Of a stretch of DNA of 64,000 nt, positions 37,447-44,376 are shown in pieces. Every line of letters begins with the position of its first letter. Position 1 is the stretch's first letter. The notes beneath the pieces were generated by a model that saw only the letters and a list, made by a program, of their open reading frames with translations, was not told the origin of the DNA and ran no database searches. The position numbers and the translations under genes were made by a program. This stretch comes from a virus, in the IMG/VR virus record IMGVR_UViG_3300045988_126550, positions 32,001 through 96,000 of that record; one strand, given 5' to 3'.

Positions 37447-37728
37447 ATGAACATCTATAAGATTTGGGTCGATGATTGGCTTGGTTATGATACCTTTGAT
37501 AGCGCGATTGTCGTGGCTAAGGGCGAGGAGTCTGCGCGTCATATTCATCCGCGAGGAGAGGCGCGTGGGTGGAATAACGAGACTGGGCGCTATGATAAGC
37601 CGTGGTATGAGAGTGATGAATGTCTTGAAAGTTGGGTAAAACCAGAAAGAGTAAATGTTAGATTGGTTGGCACAACAGAGATTTTCCACGAAGGAACTGT
37701 GTTGTGCGCGAGCTATAATGCTGGTTGA
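37447..37728 (+). CDS. hypothetical protein
   Basis: ATG after AAGGAGA. Confidence 0.65.
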   Translation: MNIYKIWVDDWLGYDTFDSAIVVAKGEESARHIHPRGEARGWNNETGRYDKPWYESDECLESWVKPERVNVRLVGTTEIFHEGTVLCASYNAG

Positions 37729-37738
37729 GGGTGAATAT

Positions 37739-37885
37739 ATGGGATATCAAGTAAAACTTTGCGAAACAATTTCTGATTTGAAGGCTTTTGTCAGAGAAGC
37801 CAATATAAGAGGTTATGAAATTATTACTATGACAACAGCTATGTGCGGTTATAATTCTTACTATACGGTGCTTTATAGGAGCTGA
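37739..37885 (+). CDS. small hypothetical protein (48 aa)
   Basis: Internal ATG after GAGGGTG. Confidence 0.45.
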   Translation: MGYQVKLCETISDLKAFVREANIRGYEIITMTTAMCGYNSYYTVLYRS

Positions 37886-37889
37886 TAGA

Positions 37890-38099
37890 ATGGAAATAAC
37901 TTACTGCCCGAAATGTGGCGCTAAACTTTATTCAAATACGGCTGGATATTACTGCACGAATCTTATTTGTCTCCTTCATATTCGCCCGAATGGAGATTGG
38001 GATGAAAACCCGTGGTGGTATTTTATGCCACCAGAAGATTATTATCGCACTTATTATGAAGTGGATGAAAATCCAAAGGAGGTTCGTCAATGGATGTAA
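37890..38099 (+). CDS. small zinc-ribbon hypothetical protein
   Basis: CPKCG...YYCTNLIC. Confidence 0.6.
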   Translation: MEITYCPKCGAKLYSNTAGYYCTNLICLLHIRPNGDWDENPWWYFMPPEDYYRTYYEVDENPKEVRQWM

Positions 38100-38111
38100 A
38101 GGAGAAAAGTT

Positions 38112-38384
38112 ATGAACAATCCTAAGTGTCGCTATTGTGGTCAACCGATGAAAATTGACGATATTGATTATTATAACGTATATTACAAATGCGATTGTGA
38201 AGGGTATCAAAAAGAACGAAAATTAGTGGAAGAAATAGATTATTTGAAGTATCAACGTGTGCAGAAAATTAGAGAATTGGAAAATCATCGTAGTACAGGT
38301 GTGTATTTGAAGAAGAGAAATTCGTTGAAGTCTTCTATTAGAGAACTCGATAGTGAATACGAAAAAGAACCGGAGGTAAAGTAA
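38112..38384 (+). CDS. hypothetical protein (CxxC + coiled coil)
   Basis: 90-aa ORF with a GGAGAA RBS. Confidence 0.6.
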   Translation: MNNPKCRYCGQPMKIDDIDYYNVYYKCDCEGYQKERKLVEEIDYLKYQRVQKIRELENHRSTGVYLKKRNSLKSSIRELDSEYEKEPEVK

Positions 38385-38624
38385 ATGGTTACAAAGAAAA
38401 ATTGGCGTGATGAGTATGTGAATAAGGGCGAATTCTATGACGCAGTGATGCTTATGGCGAAACATCAGAATGGGGATCGTCAGCAGGGCATTCTTGGAGT
38501 GCTTGAAACTCTAAAGATGTGGAATGGTAATAGAAAGCCTACTATTGAGGAAATTGCTATTCCTGCTACTGAGAAGGCACCAGATTGGTTCACTGGTGGA
38601 ATGAGAGACGATATTTTAGGATAA
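38385..38624 (+). CDS. hypothetical protein
   Basis: 79-aa ORF with a GGAGGT RBS. Confidence 0.6.
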   Translation: MVTKKNWRDEYVNKGEFYDAVMLMAKHQNGDRQQGILGVLETLKMWNGNRKPTIEEIAIPATEKAPDWFTGGMRDDILG

Positions 38625-38666
38625 CTTATGGAAGAAAACTAATTTCAAAAAAACATGTTAAACCCC

Positions 38667-38694
38667 TTGACAAATAAGAAAAACGTGTTATAAT
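38667..38694 (+). promoter_or_regulatory. sigma-A-type promoter (extended -10)
   Basis: TTGACA-N16-TGtTATAAT. Confidence 0.65.
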
Positions 38695-38714
38695 CTAGAC
38701 GGTAAGAAACACAA

Positions 38715-38725
38715 AACAAAATTAA
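38715..38725 (+). promoter_or_regulatory. leader-motif variant AACAAAATTAA
   Basis: 27 nt upstream of ATG 38753. Confidence 0.4.
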
Positions 38726-38752
38726 AGTAAAATCAAAAAGGAGAATTGAGTT

Positions 38753-39334
38753 ATGACAAATGTGTTCAATGGCATGTTCGGAAAGATTGCTCCCGGTATG
38801 TGCCGACTTTCTATGAGCGGAGGAATCGCTGTTAAGACTTCCAATGGCTATAAGAGCTATAATGTGAAGAATGGGCGTCTCACAAATTGTGACAGCTTTG
38901 TTTTTGACATCGGCGAAGAGTTCTTCTTCGTTATGCCAACCAACAAGGTTGAAGTTGGAGACATTATTCTAGTGTCTGGCAAGCCAAAGTGTGTTATTAA
39001 GGCTGAGAAGGAGACCATTACGGTTATTAATTATGAGGATTCTACTGTAGAAACCATCCTCCCTGAGCGTCATGTATTTATGGGAAGTACTTATTTCTAT
39101 GGTAAGATCGTATCTATGTTCGGTAACAATTTTATGAAGGGCAAGAAGGGCATGGACAAGATGATGTCCTATATGATTATGTCCGAAATGATGAAGGGTG
39201 GCAATGGTTCCAGCAACGGAATGAATTCTATGCTTCCTATGATGATGCTTATGAATGGCGGCAATATGTCGGATATGTTCAGCGGCATGTTTGATTTTGA
39301 TATTGATACGTCTGATGAAAGTGAGGTTGAGTAA
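38753..39334 (+). CDS. hypothetical protein with a Met/Gly/Asn-rich C-terminal region
   Basis: First gene after the promoter at 38667. Low-complexity M-rich tail. Confidence 0.7.
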   Translation: MTNVFNGMFGKIAPGMCRLSMSGGIAVKTSNGYKSYNVKNGRLTNCDSFVFDIGEEFFFVMPTNKVEVGDIILVSGKPKCVIKAEKETITVINYEDSTVETILPERHVFMGSTYFYGKIVSMFGNNFMKGKKGMDKMMSYMIMSEMMKGGNGSSNGMNSMLPMMMLMNGGNMSDMFSGMFDFDIDTSDESEVE

Positions 39335-39336
39335 TT

Positions 39337-40200
39337 ATGGGTGGCGGTTCTTGGACGAGAGATAGCTTTACTAGCTATGTAACTACTGCAAAGTGTGCAA
39401 TGGTAGACGATTTTGGTGTTGTCAGAGGACTAAATAGTGTTCAGGATAATTTTAAGTCGAGATGTCTAGTGGCGGAGCTTAATCCTAAAAATGTTGTTCG
39501 CGAGTGTGTAGATTCCGCAGAACATCCTAATACAAAGCCTGTTATTCTGGCGCTCGATGTAACTGGCAGTATGGGAAGTGCAGCAATGGAAGTTGCAAAG
39601 CAGATCAATGTTGTTATGACAAGCCTATATGAGAAGATGACAGATGTTGAATTTATGATTATGGGTATTGGAGATCTTGCTTATGATAACGCTCCAATTC
39701 AAGCGTCTCAGTTTGAATCAGATATCAGAATCGCAGAACAGCTTGATAAGATTTATTTTGAGGGCGGTGGCGGCGGCAATTCTTATGAGTCCTATACTGC
39801 CGCATGGTATTTTGGGCTTAATCATACCAAGCTAGATTGTTGGAGTCGTGGGCAGAAGGGTGTTATTATTACAATGGGTGATGAACCTTTGAATCCGTAT
39901 CTGCCTAAGAATACTCTATCTGTTGCGACTGGTGATAATCTACAGGATGATGTTGAGACAGCTCAGCTTTATAAGGACGCTTCTGGAAAGTTCGATATCT
40001 ACCATTTGTATGTAAAGCATGGGTATGGTCGTTATGAAGAAGCTGTTAAGGATACTTTCGGCAAGTTTCTTGATGCGAATCATCTCAAGACTACATCTGT
40101 AAATAAGATTGCAGATGATATTATTGAAATTGTAACAAATGCATTTACTGGAAGCGATACAAGTACATTTGTAAATACTAGTGAAGGAATTTCTTGGTAA
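39337..40200 (+). CDS. von Willebrand factor A (vWA) domain protein
   Basis: MIDAS-like LALDVTGSMGS, plus GGGGGNSYES and ITMGDEP. Confidence 0.75.
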   Translation: MGGGSWTRDSFTSYVTTAKCAMVDDFGVVRGLNSVQDNFKSRCLVAELNPKNVVRECVDSAEHPNTKPVILALDVTGSMGSAAMEVAKQINVVMTSLYEKMTDVEFMIMGIGDLAYDNAPIQASQFESDIRIAEQLDKIYFEGGGGGNSYESYTAAWYFGLNHTKLDCWSRGQKGVIITMGDEPLNPYLPKNTLSVATGDNLQDDVETAQLYKDASGKFDIYHLYVKHGYGRYEEAVKDTFGKFLDANHLKTTSVNKIADDIIEIVTNAFTGSDTSTFVNTSEGISW

Positions 40201-40214
40201 GAGGAGATAAACAC

Positions 40215-41363
40215 ATGTCTAATGTTAAAGTAGTAATCGGTAGCAACTTTGGGGACGAAGGAAAAGGATTGATGACTGATTATTTCTGCGCAGAAGCAAA
40301 AAAGCGGAATGAATCCTGTATTGTTGTTTTATCCAATGGCGGAGCACAGAGAGGGCATACTGTGGTTACGCCAGATGGCATTAGACATGTGTTTCATCAT
40401 TTTGGTTCTGGCACTTTTGCAGAAGCCCCTACATATTTTAGCGAGCAATATATTTTAAATCCTATGACTTTTAGAAAAGAGTATGAAGAATTGGATTCTT
40501 TAGGCTTTAAGCCACTCGTTTGTGCGCATTGGAATTGCAGATGGTCAACGCCGTATGATGTGATCGTAAATCAAATTCTTGAAGATAGTCGTGGAGAAAA
40601 TCGACATGGATCTTGTGGCATGGGAATCTGGGAAACTATCTGTAGATATACAAGCGCTGGAGCACCATCATTGCGGCATTTTAATATGATGAGCGAAGAA
40701 TATAAAGTTCAATTTCTCAAAAATATTAGAGATAAATATATGCCGCAGAGATTGGCATCTGCGAACCCAGATGTAGTAAAACAGTGGGAAGAAATTCTAT
40801 ATTCTGATAATCTAATTTATAATTTTATTGATGATATTCAGTTTATGTGCTCACATATTGTTTTTGATTATGGACGCATATTGAGACGATACGACAATGT
40901 TGTATTTGAAAATGGGCAAGGTCTTCTGCTAGATCAGAACCAAACAAGATACGGAGACAATACAACTCCTAGCAATACTGGGATTCAGAACCCACATGTG
41001 ATTATTGAAAAGTATTTATTTGGCGCCAACGTTGAAGTGTGTTATGTTACAAGAACATACCTGACAAGACATGGTGCTGGGGCTTTTGATAGTGAATGTG
41101 ATAAATCTGAAATCAATGACTCTATGGAAGATAGAACTAATGTACCAAATCCGTATCAGGGCAGCATTCGATATGGGAAGTTGGATGTTGATGAACTTGT
41201 AAGCAGAATCAAAAAGGATATTGGTGCGCATTCTTACAATGTATCTTTGGCAGTGACGCATTTGAACGAGTTTGACAACAAAGAGTTATTGGCACTAAAA
41301 GAGCTTAATGTTAAGTATTTGTCTTATAAGGAGACTAGAGAATTGACAGAAAAAATTTTCTGA
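40215..41363 (+). CDS. divergent adenylosuccinate synthetase (PurA/PurZ) family protein
   Basis: GSNFGDEGKG (P-loop, compare PurA GTQWGDEGKG), GGAQRGHTV, FENGQGLLLD and TRTYLTRHGAGAF. The PurA TGRRRR and TKLD regions are not conserved (QGSIRYG, THLNEFD). Confidence 0.75.
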   Translation: MSNVKVVIGSNFGDEGKGLMTDYFCAEAKKRNESCIVVLSNGGAQRGHTVVTPDGIRHVFHHFGSGTFAEAPTYFSEQYILNPMTFRKEYEELDSLGFKPLVCAHWNCRWSTPYDVIVNQILEDSRGENRHGSCGMGIWETICRYTSAGAPSLRHFNMMSEEYKVQFLKNIRDKYMPQRLASANPDVVKQWEEILYSDNLIYNFIDDIQFMCSHIVFDYGRILRRYDNVVFENGQGLLLDQNQTRYGDNTTPSNTGIQNPHVIIEKYLFGANVEVCYVTRTYLTRHGAGAFDSECDKSEINDSMEDRTNVPNPYQGSIRYGKLDVDELVSRIKKDIGAHSYNVSLAVTHLNEFDNKELLALKELNVKYLSYKETRELTEKIF

Positions 41364-41369
41364 AAGTAC

Positions 41370-41397
41370 TTGACAAATAAAAAATATATGATATAAT
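41370..41397 (+). promoter_or_regulatory. sigma-A-type promoter (extended -10)
   Basis: TTGACA-N16-TGaTATAAT. Confidence 0.65.
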
Positions 41398-41418
41398 ATG
41401 GACAGTTGAAAGAAACAA

Positions 41419-41429
41419 AACAAAATTAA
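41419..41429 (+). promoter_or_regulatory. leader-motif variant AACAAAATTAA
   Basis: 19 nt upstream of ATG 41449. Confidence 0.4.
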
Positions 41430-41448
41430 TTGAAAAGGAGCAAGAAAA

Positions 41449-41787
41449 ATGATTAAGTATTATCATCTGAAGGACGGCGTTACAATTGCGGAGCTGAGAA
41501 ATGCGAAATATGATTGTGTCAATCGTATTGCAAGAGTAACTGGTGGGACAAAGAGCCTGTGCTTTGATCCTAGCAAGTATCTGATGTCTAATGTATTTCG
41601 GGCGGCATCTAAGCCGCATGGGACTGACGTATACGACAAGGAAATTGGTGAGCAAGAAGCAAAGCGCAAGGTGATGGCTAAATATTATCGGCAGCTAGAT
41701 CGTTTGTCCGCAGAGTTTGTAGAGGATCTCAATAAGGCGATGTTCGAAGCATCTTGGCGGCTTACAAAAAATTCAGAAAATTCTTAA
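41449..41787 (+). CDS. hypothetical protein
   Basis: 112-aa ORF with its own promoter and a leader-motif variant. Confidence 0.65.
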   Translation: MIKYYHLKDGVTIAELRNAKYDCVNRIARVTGGTKSLCFDPSKYLMSNVFRAASKPHGTDVYDKEIGEQEAKRKVMAKYYRQLDRLSAEFVEDLNKAMFEASWRLTKNSENS

Positions 41788-41794
41788 AAACCTC

Positions 41795-41822
41795 TTGACA
41801 AATAAAAAATTTGTGGTATAAT
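41795..41822 (+). promoter_or_regulatory. sigma-A-type promoter (extended -10) upstream of the tRNA island
   Basis: TTGACA-N16-TGgTATAAT. Confidence 0.65.
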
Positions 41823-41840
41823 ACAGATAGTTCAAAACAA

Positions 41841-41851
41841 TACAAAATTAA
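41841..41851 (+). promoter_or_regulatory. leader motif TACAAAATTAA (exact)
   Basis: 36 nt upstream of the first tRNA-like gene. No ORF follows. Confidence 0.55.
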
Positions 41852-41887
41852 AGTTCCTGAGTACGAACTGAAAAGGCTCAACGATAT

Positions 41888-42011
41888 GCGATGATAGTCC
41901 AATGGTTAAGACGGCAGCTATTATTTTGAAGTGTCTAGCTAGACACGAACAGCAAGTTTGCAAAATTAATGCTCCAAGCTGCAATTGTAGGTTCGATTCC
42001 TACTCATCGCA
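41888..42011 (+). tRNA. tRNA-like gene with a 59-nt sequence in place of the 7-nt anticodon loop (isotype undetermined; Glu/Gln-like D arm)
   Basis: Perfect 7-bp acceptor GCGATGA/TCATCGC, D arm GTC-CAATGGTTAA-GAC, T arm GTAGG-TTCGATT-CCTAC and a 5-bp stem GCAGC/GCTGC enclosing 59 nt. The enclosed sequence includes the palindrome GTGTCTAGCTAGACAC. Confidence 0.55.
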
Positions 42012-42019
42012 ATAATATG

Positions 42020-42136
42020 TCTCCTGTAGCTCAGTTGGATAGAGCACTTAATAACGAGACTTGCAAAAGCCTTAAACAGCAAATTTCTATTGGTCTGTTA
42101 AACCAGAGGTCACAGGTTCGAGCCCTGTCAGGAGAC
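42020..42136 (+). tRNA. tRNA-Asn(GTT) interrupted by a ~43-nt insertion between the D arm and the anticodon stem
   Basis: TCTCCTG-TA-GCTC-AGTTGGATA-GAGC-A-[43 nt]-TTGGT-CTGTTAA-ACCAG-AGGTC-ACAGG-TTCGAGC-CCTGT-CAGGAGA-C. Close to the E. coli tRNA-Asn layout apart from the insertion. Confidence 0.6.
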
Positions 42137-42142
42137 TTTAAA

Positions 42143-42197
42143 AAGGCACTAGCAGCAACTTTAAACAATATGCTGGATATTATATTGATGGTGCCTT
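42143..42197 (+). repeat. ACAGCAA-family hairpin element A
   Basis: 7-bp stem AAGGCAC/GTGCCTT enclosing an AT-rich loop that starts TA-GCAGCAA. Confidence 0.4.
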
Positions 42198-42207
42198 GCC
42201 TTACATA

Positions 42208-42275
42208 GAGACGCTTACAGCAATTTAAAAAAGATGAAAATGATATTTTTACTAATGATTTTATTTTGGCGTCTC
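42208..42275 (+). repeat. ACAGCAA-family hairpin element B
   Basis: 7-bp stem GAGACGC/GCGTCTC enclosing an AT-rich loop that starts TT-ACAGCAA. Confidence 0.4.
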
Positions 42276-42378
42276 GTTGAATAAACTCCAAAGGCACTAA
42301 CAGCAAATTTTCAATGTGGAGAATACATAAGAATGTGTCTTGGGATTTAGAAATAAATCAAAAATGGAGGAAAGAAAA

Positions 42379-43926
42379 ATGTCTTTTATGAATGCAGTAA
42401 AGAATACTTTGAATGAGGAGTTTAATTACTCGGTAACTGAAAATGGCGCCCTTGGGTATCGTACTTCTGGCAAAGAACTGACTGACCTAAACTTTGCCGT
42501 TGCCTCTATGCGCGGTATGAACGAGAAGACCATCTATGATAAGTTCACGAAGGTTTATTTCGAAGACAAGATGATGGCTTTACGTTGGTTATTTTTCGCA
42601 AGAGATGTTCGTGGCGGTCTTGGCGAGAGACGTTTGTTCAGAACGGTTCTTAAAAATATGGCAAAGGACGACCCCAATACTGTTAAACGTCTTGCCTGTC
42701 TGGTGAGCGAGTATGGCCGTTATGATGACCTGTGGTGTCTGTTTGGAACGGATGTGGATGGTGTTGTTTTCGATATCATTAAGAAGCAGCTTTCTGATGA
42801 CATCGCAAATATGGCAGAGAATAAACCCGTATCTCTTCTTGCTAAGTGGCTCCCTTCCGTAAATGCTTCTTCTACAAGAACTAAGATGGACGCAAGATAT
42901 ATTTGCAAGAATCTTGGAATGACAGAGAGTAAGTATCGTAAGATTCTTTCTTCTCTGCGTTCTTACATTGACATTGTAGAAAGTAAGATGTCTGCAAAGA
43001 AGTGGGAAGAAATTAAGTACGAAACGGTTCCTTCTCGTGCAAATCTAATCTACAACAACGCTTTCCTCCGTAACGATGAGGAGCGTCGCAGAGAGTATCT
43101 GAGCAAGCTTGAAAAGGGTGAAACTAAAATCAATGCAGGAACTTTGTTCCCCCATGACATCGTTCACAAATATTGCAGTGGACGTATGTATAGCTATGGC
43201 GTTGGTAAGTACGATGCAACTATTGAATCTCTTTGGAAGGCTTTGCCCAATACAGTAAACGAGTGTGGGAACACTATTGTGGTTGCAGATGGCTCCGGTT
43301 CTATGTACTGCAATGTTGGCGGAAATACTTGTGTTACGGCACTTGAAGTTGCAAATGCACTTGCAATTTACTTTGCAGAGCATTCTTCTGGTGACTTTAA
43401 GGATAAATACATTACTTTCTCTAGCAGACCTCAGTTGGTTGATTTTAGTCAGTGCGATTCTCTAAGAGATAAGCTACGTGTTGCATATAGTCATTACGAG
43501 TGTTCAAATACAAACATTGAAAAGGTGTTTGATTTGATTCTTACTACTGCGGTGAATGGTCATATGAAGCAGGAGGATATGCCTAAGAATGTACTGATTA
43601 TTTCAGACATGGAGTTTGACTTTTGTGCAACTTGTGGTGGTTCCAATGGATGGAGTCTTAATAGACCTAGTGCAAGACTTTTTGATGTAATCAAGAAGCG
43701 TTTCGAGGATGCTGGGTATCAGATGCCTAGACTGGTCTTCTGGAATGTAAATTCTCGTACTGGCACTATTCCTGTAAAGGAGAACGACCTTGGTGTTGCT
43801 CTTGTTAGTGGTTTCTCCACTAATGTTTGCAAGATGGTCATGAGTGGTAAGACTGATCCTTACGAGTGCCTTGTTGAGACGCTTATGAGTGAGAGATATG
43901 ATGCAGTTGAGGCTGCGTTAAAGTAA
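42379..43926 (+). CDS. DUF2828-like helical domain + C-terminal vWA protein (Ro60-like architecture)
   Basis: N-terminus TENGALGYRTSG...LDLNF...ARDVRGGLGERRLF matches my recollection of the UCP015417/DUF2828 family. C-terminal MIDAS VVADGSGSM. ATG at 42379 lies 8 nt after GGAGG. Confidence 0.75.
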   Translation: MSFMNAVKNTLNEEFNYSVTENGALGYRTSGKELTDLNFAVASMRGMNEKTIYDKFTKVYFEDKMMALRWLFFARDVRGGLGERRLFRTVLKNMAKDDPNTVKRLACLVSEYGRYDDLWCLFGTDVDGVVFDIIKKQLSDDIANMAENKPVSLLAKWLPSVNASSTRTKMDARYICKNLGMTESKYRKILSSLRSYIDIVESKMSAKKWEEIKYETVPSRANLIYNNAFLRNDEERRREYLSKLEKGETKINAGTLFPHDIVHKYCSGRMYSYGVGKYDATIESLWKALPNTVNECGNTIVVADGSGSMYCNVGGNTCVTALEVANALAIYFAEHSSGDFKDKYITFSSRPQLVDFSQCDSLRDKLRVAYSHYECSNTNIEKVFDLILTTAVNGHMKQEDMPKNVLIISDMEFDFCATCGGSNGWSLNRPSARLFDVIKKRFEDAGYQMPRLVFWNVNSRTGTIPVKENDLGVALVSGFSTNVCKMVMSGKTDPYECLVETLMSERYDAVEAALK

Positions 43927-43932
43927 TGAAAA

Positions 43933-43993
43933 AAGACTCGAACAGCAACTATTAAAGGATTTGACTGCTAATCAAAATTACCTAAAGAGTCTT
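43933..43993 (+). repeat. ACAGCAA-family hairpin element C
   Basis: 7-bp stem AAGACTC/GAGTCTT with a loop that starts GA-ACAGCAA. Confidence 0.4.
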
Positions 43994-43994
43994 G

Positions 43995-44020
43995 TTTAAA
44001 GTGCTGGGCATCACTTTAAA
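43995..44020 (+). other. perfect 9-bp stem-loop
   Basis: TTTAAAGTG-ctgggcat-CACTTTAAA with no T-run after it. Lies just upstream of the tRNA-Leu gene. Confidence 0.4.
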
Positions 44021-44035
44021 GCTGCCCCGTGATAT

Positions 44036-44167
44036 GCGGGTATGGTGGAATCGGCAGACACAAGGGACTTGCTGATAGCCAGTGCTTTGGTAGGGGCAGC
44101 ACCTACAATCAGTACCAAAAATCCCTCGGAGAAATCCATGCGAGTTCAAATCTCGCTACCCGCACCA
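44036..44167 (+). tRNA. type II tRNA-Leu (anticodon TAA if spliced) with a 47-nt insertion in the anticodon loop; CCA encoded
   Basis: GCGGGTA-TG-GTG-GAATCGGCAGA-CAC-A-AGGGA-CTT[47 nt]AAAA-TCCCT-variable arm CGGAGAAATCCAT-GCGAG-TTCAAAT-CTCGC-TACCCGC-A-CCA. Confidence 0.65.
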
Positions 44168-44309
44168 TGACCTTGGCAAGTCATTAAACTACCACAGCTA
44201 TAAGCTGATAACCACATACTACGGACGAACTGCGTGTGGCTCCCAAGTGGATGAAGGTTTGATCGTCTGGCAGGTTGGCGCTCCTGTCGAAGTTAAAAGC
44301 GCGTTATAT

Positions 44310-44376
44310 CCTCTTTTAGTGTAAAGGTTGCACAGCTCCGCCGAGGAGTAGGAACGGTTCGATTCCGTGCAGAGGA
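44310..44376 (+). ncRNA. tRNA-like element with a truncated anticodon arm (possible pseudo-tRNA or mimic)
   Basis: D arm GTGT-AAAGGTT-GCAC, T arm ACGG-TTCGATT-CCGT and an imperfect acceptor CCTCTTT/GCAGAGG. The anticodon arm is reduced to CTCC-GCCGA-GGAG. The flanks GCGCT/AGCGC can extend the acceptor helix. Confidence 0.3.

Noticed and set aside
40215-41363. Calling the PurA-family gene purZ and, by implication, calling this a 2-aminoadenine (Z) genome.
   Set aside because: The P-loop is PurA-like (GDEGKG) and no MazG-like gene is visible in the window. Base composition cannot reveal Z. It is kept as an open question in the findings, not as a call.
42340-42378. The TTG start proposed by the ORF track for the DUF2828-vWA gene, and similar upstream non-ATG or early-ATG starts for about 25 other ORFs.
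   Set aside because: In each case an internal ATG has a GGAGG-type RBS at 6-10 nt. The extension would overlap the upstream gene, a promoter or a hairpin.
44071-44117. The tRNA-Leu insertion as a group I self-splicing intron. It sits at the same U34/A35 site as the classic tRNA-Leu(UAA) intron.
   Set aside because: Forty-seven nt cannot hold the P3-P9 catalytic core, since known group I introns are roughly 200 nt or more. The position coincidence is recorded, but the ribozyme class is rejected.
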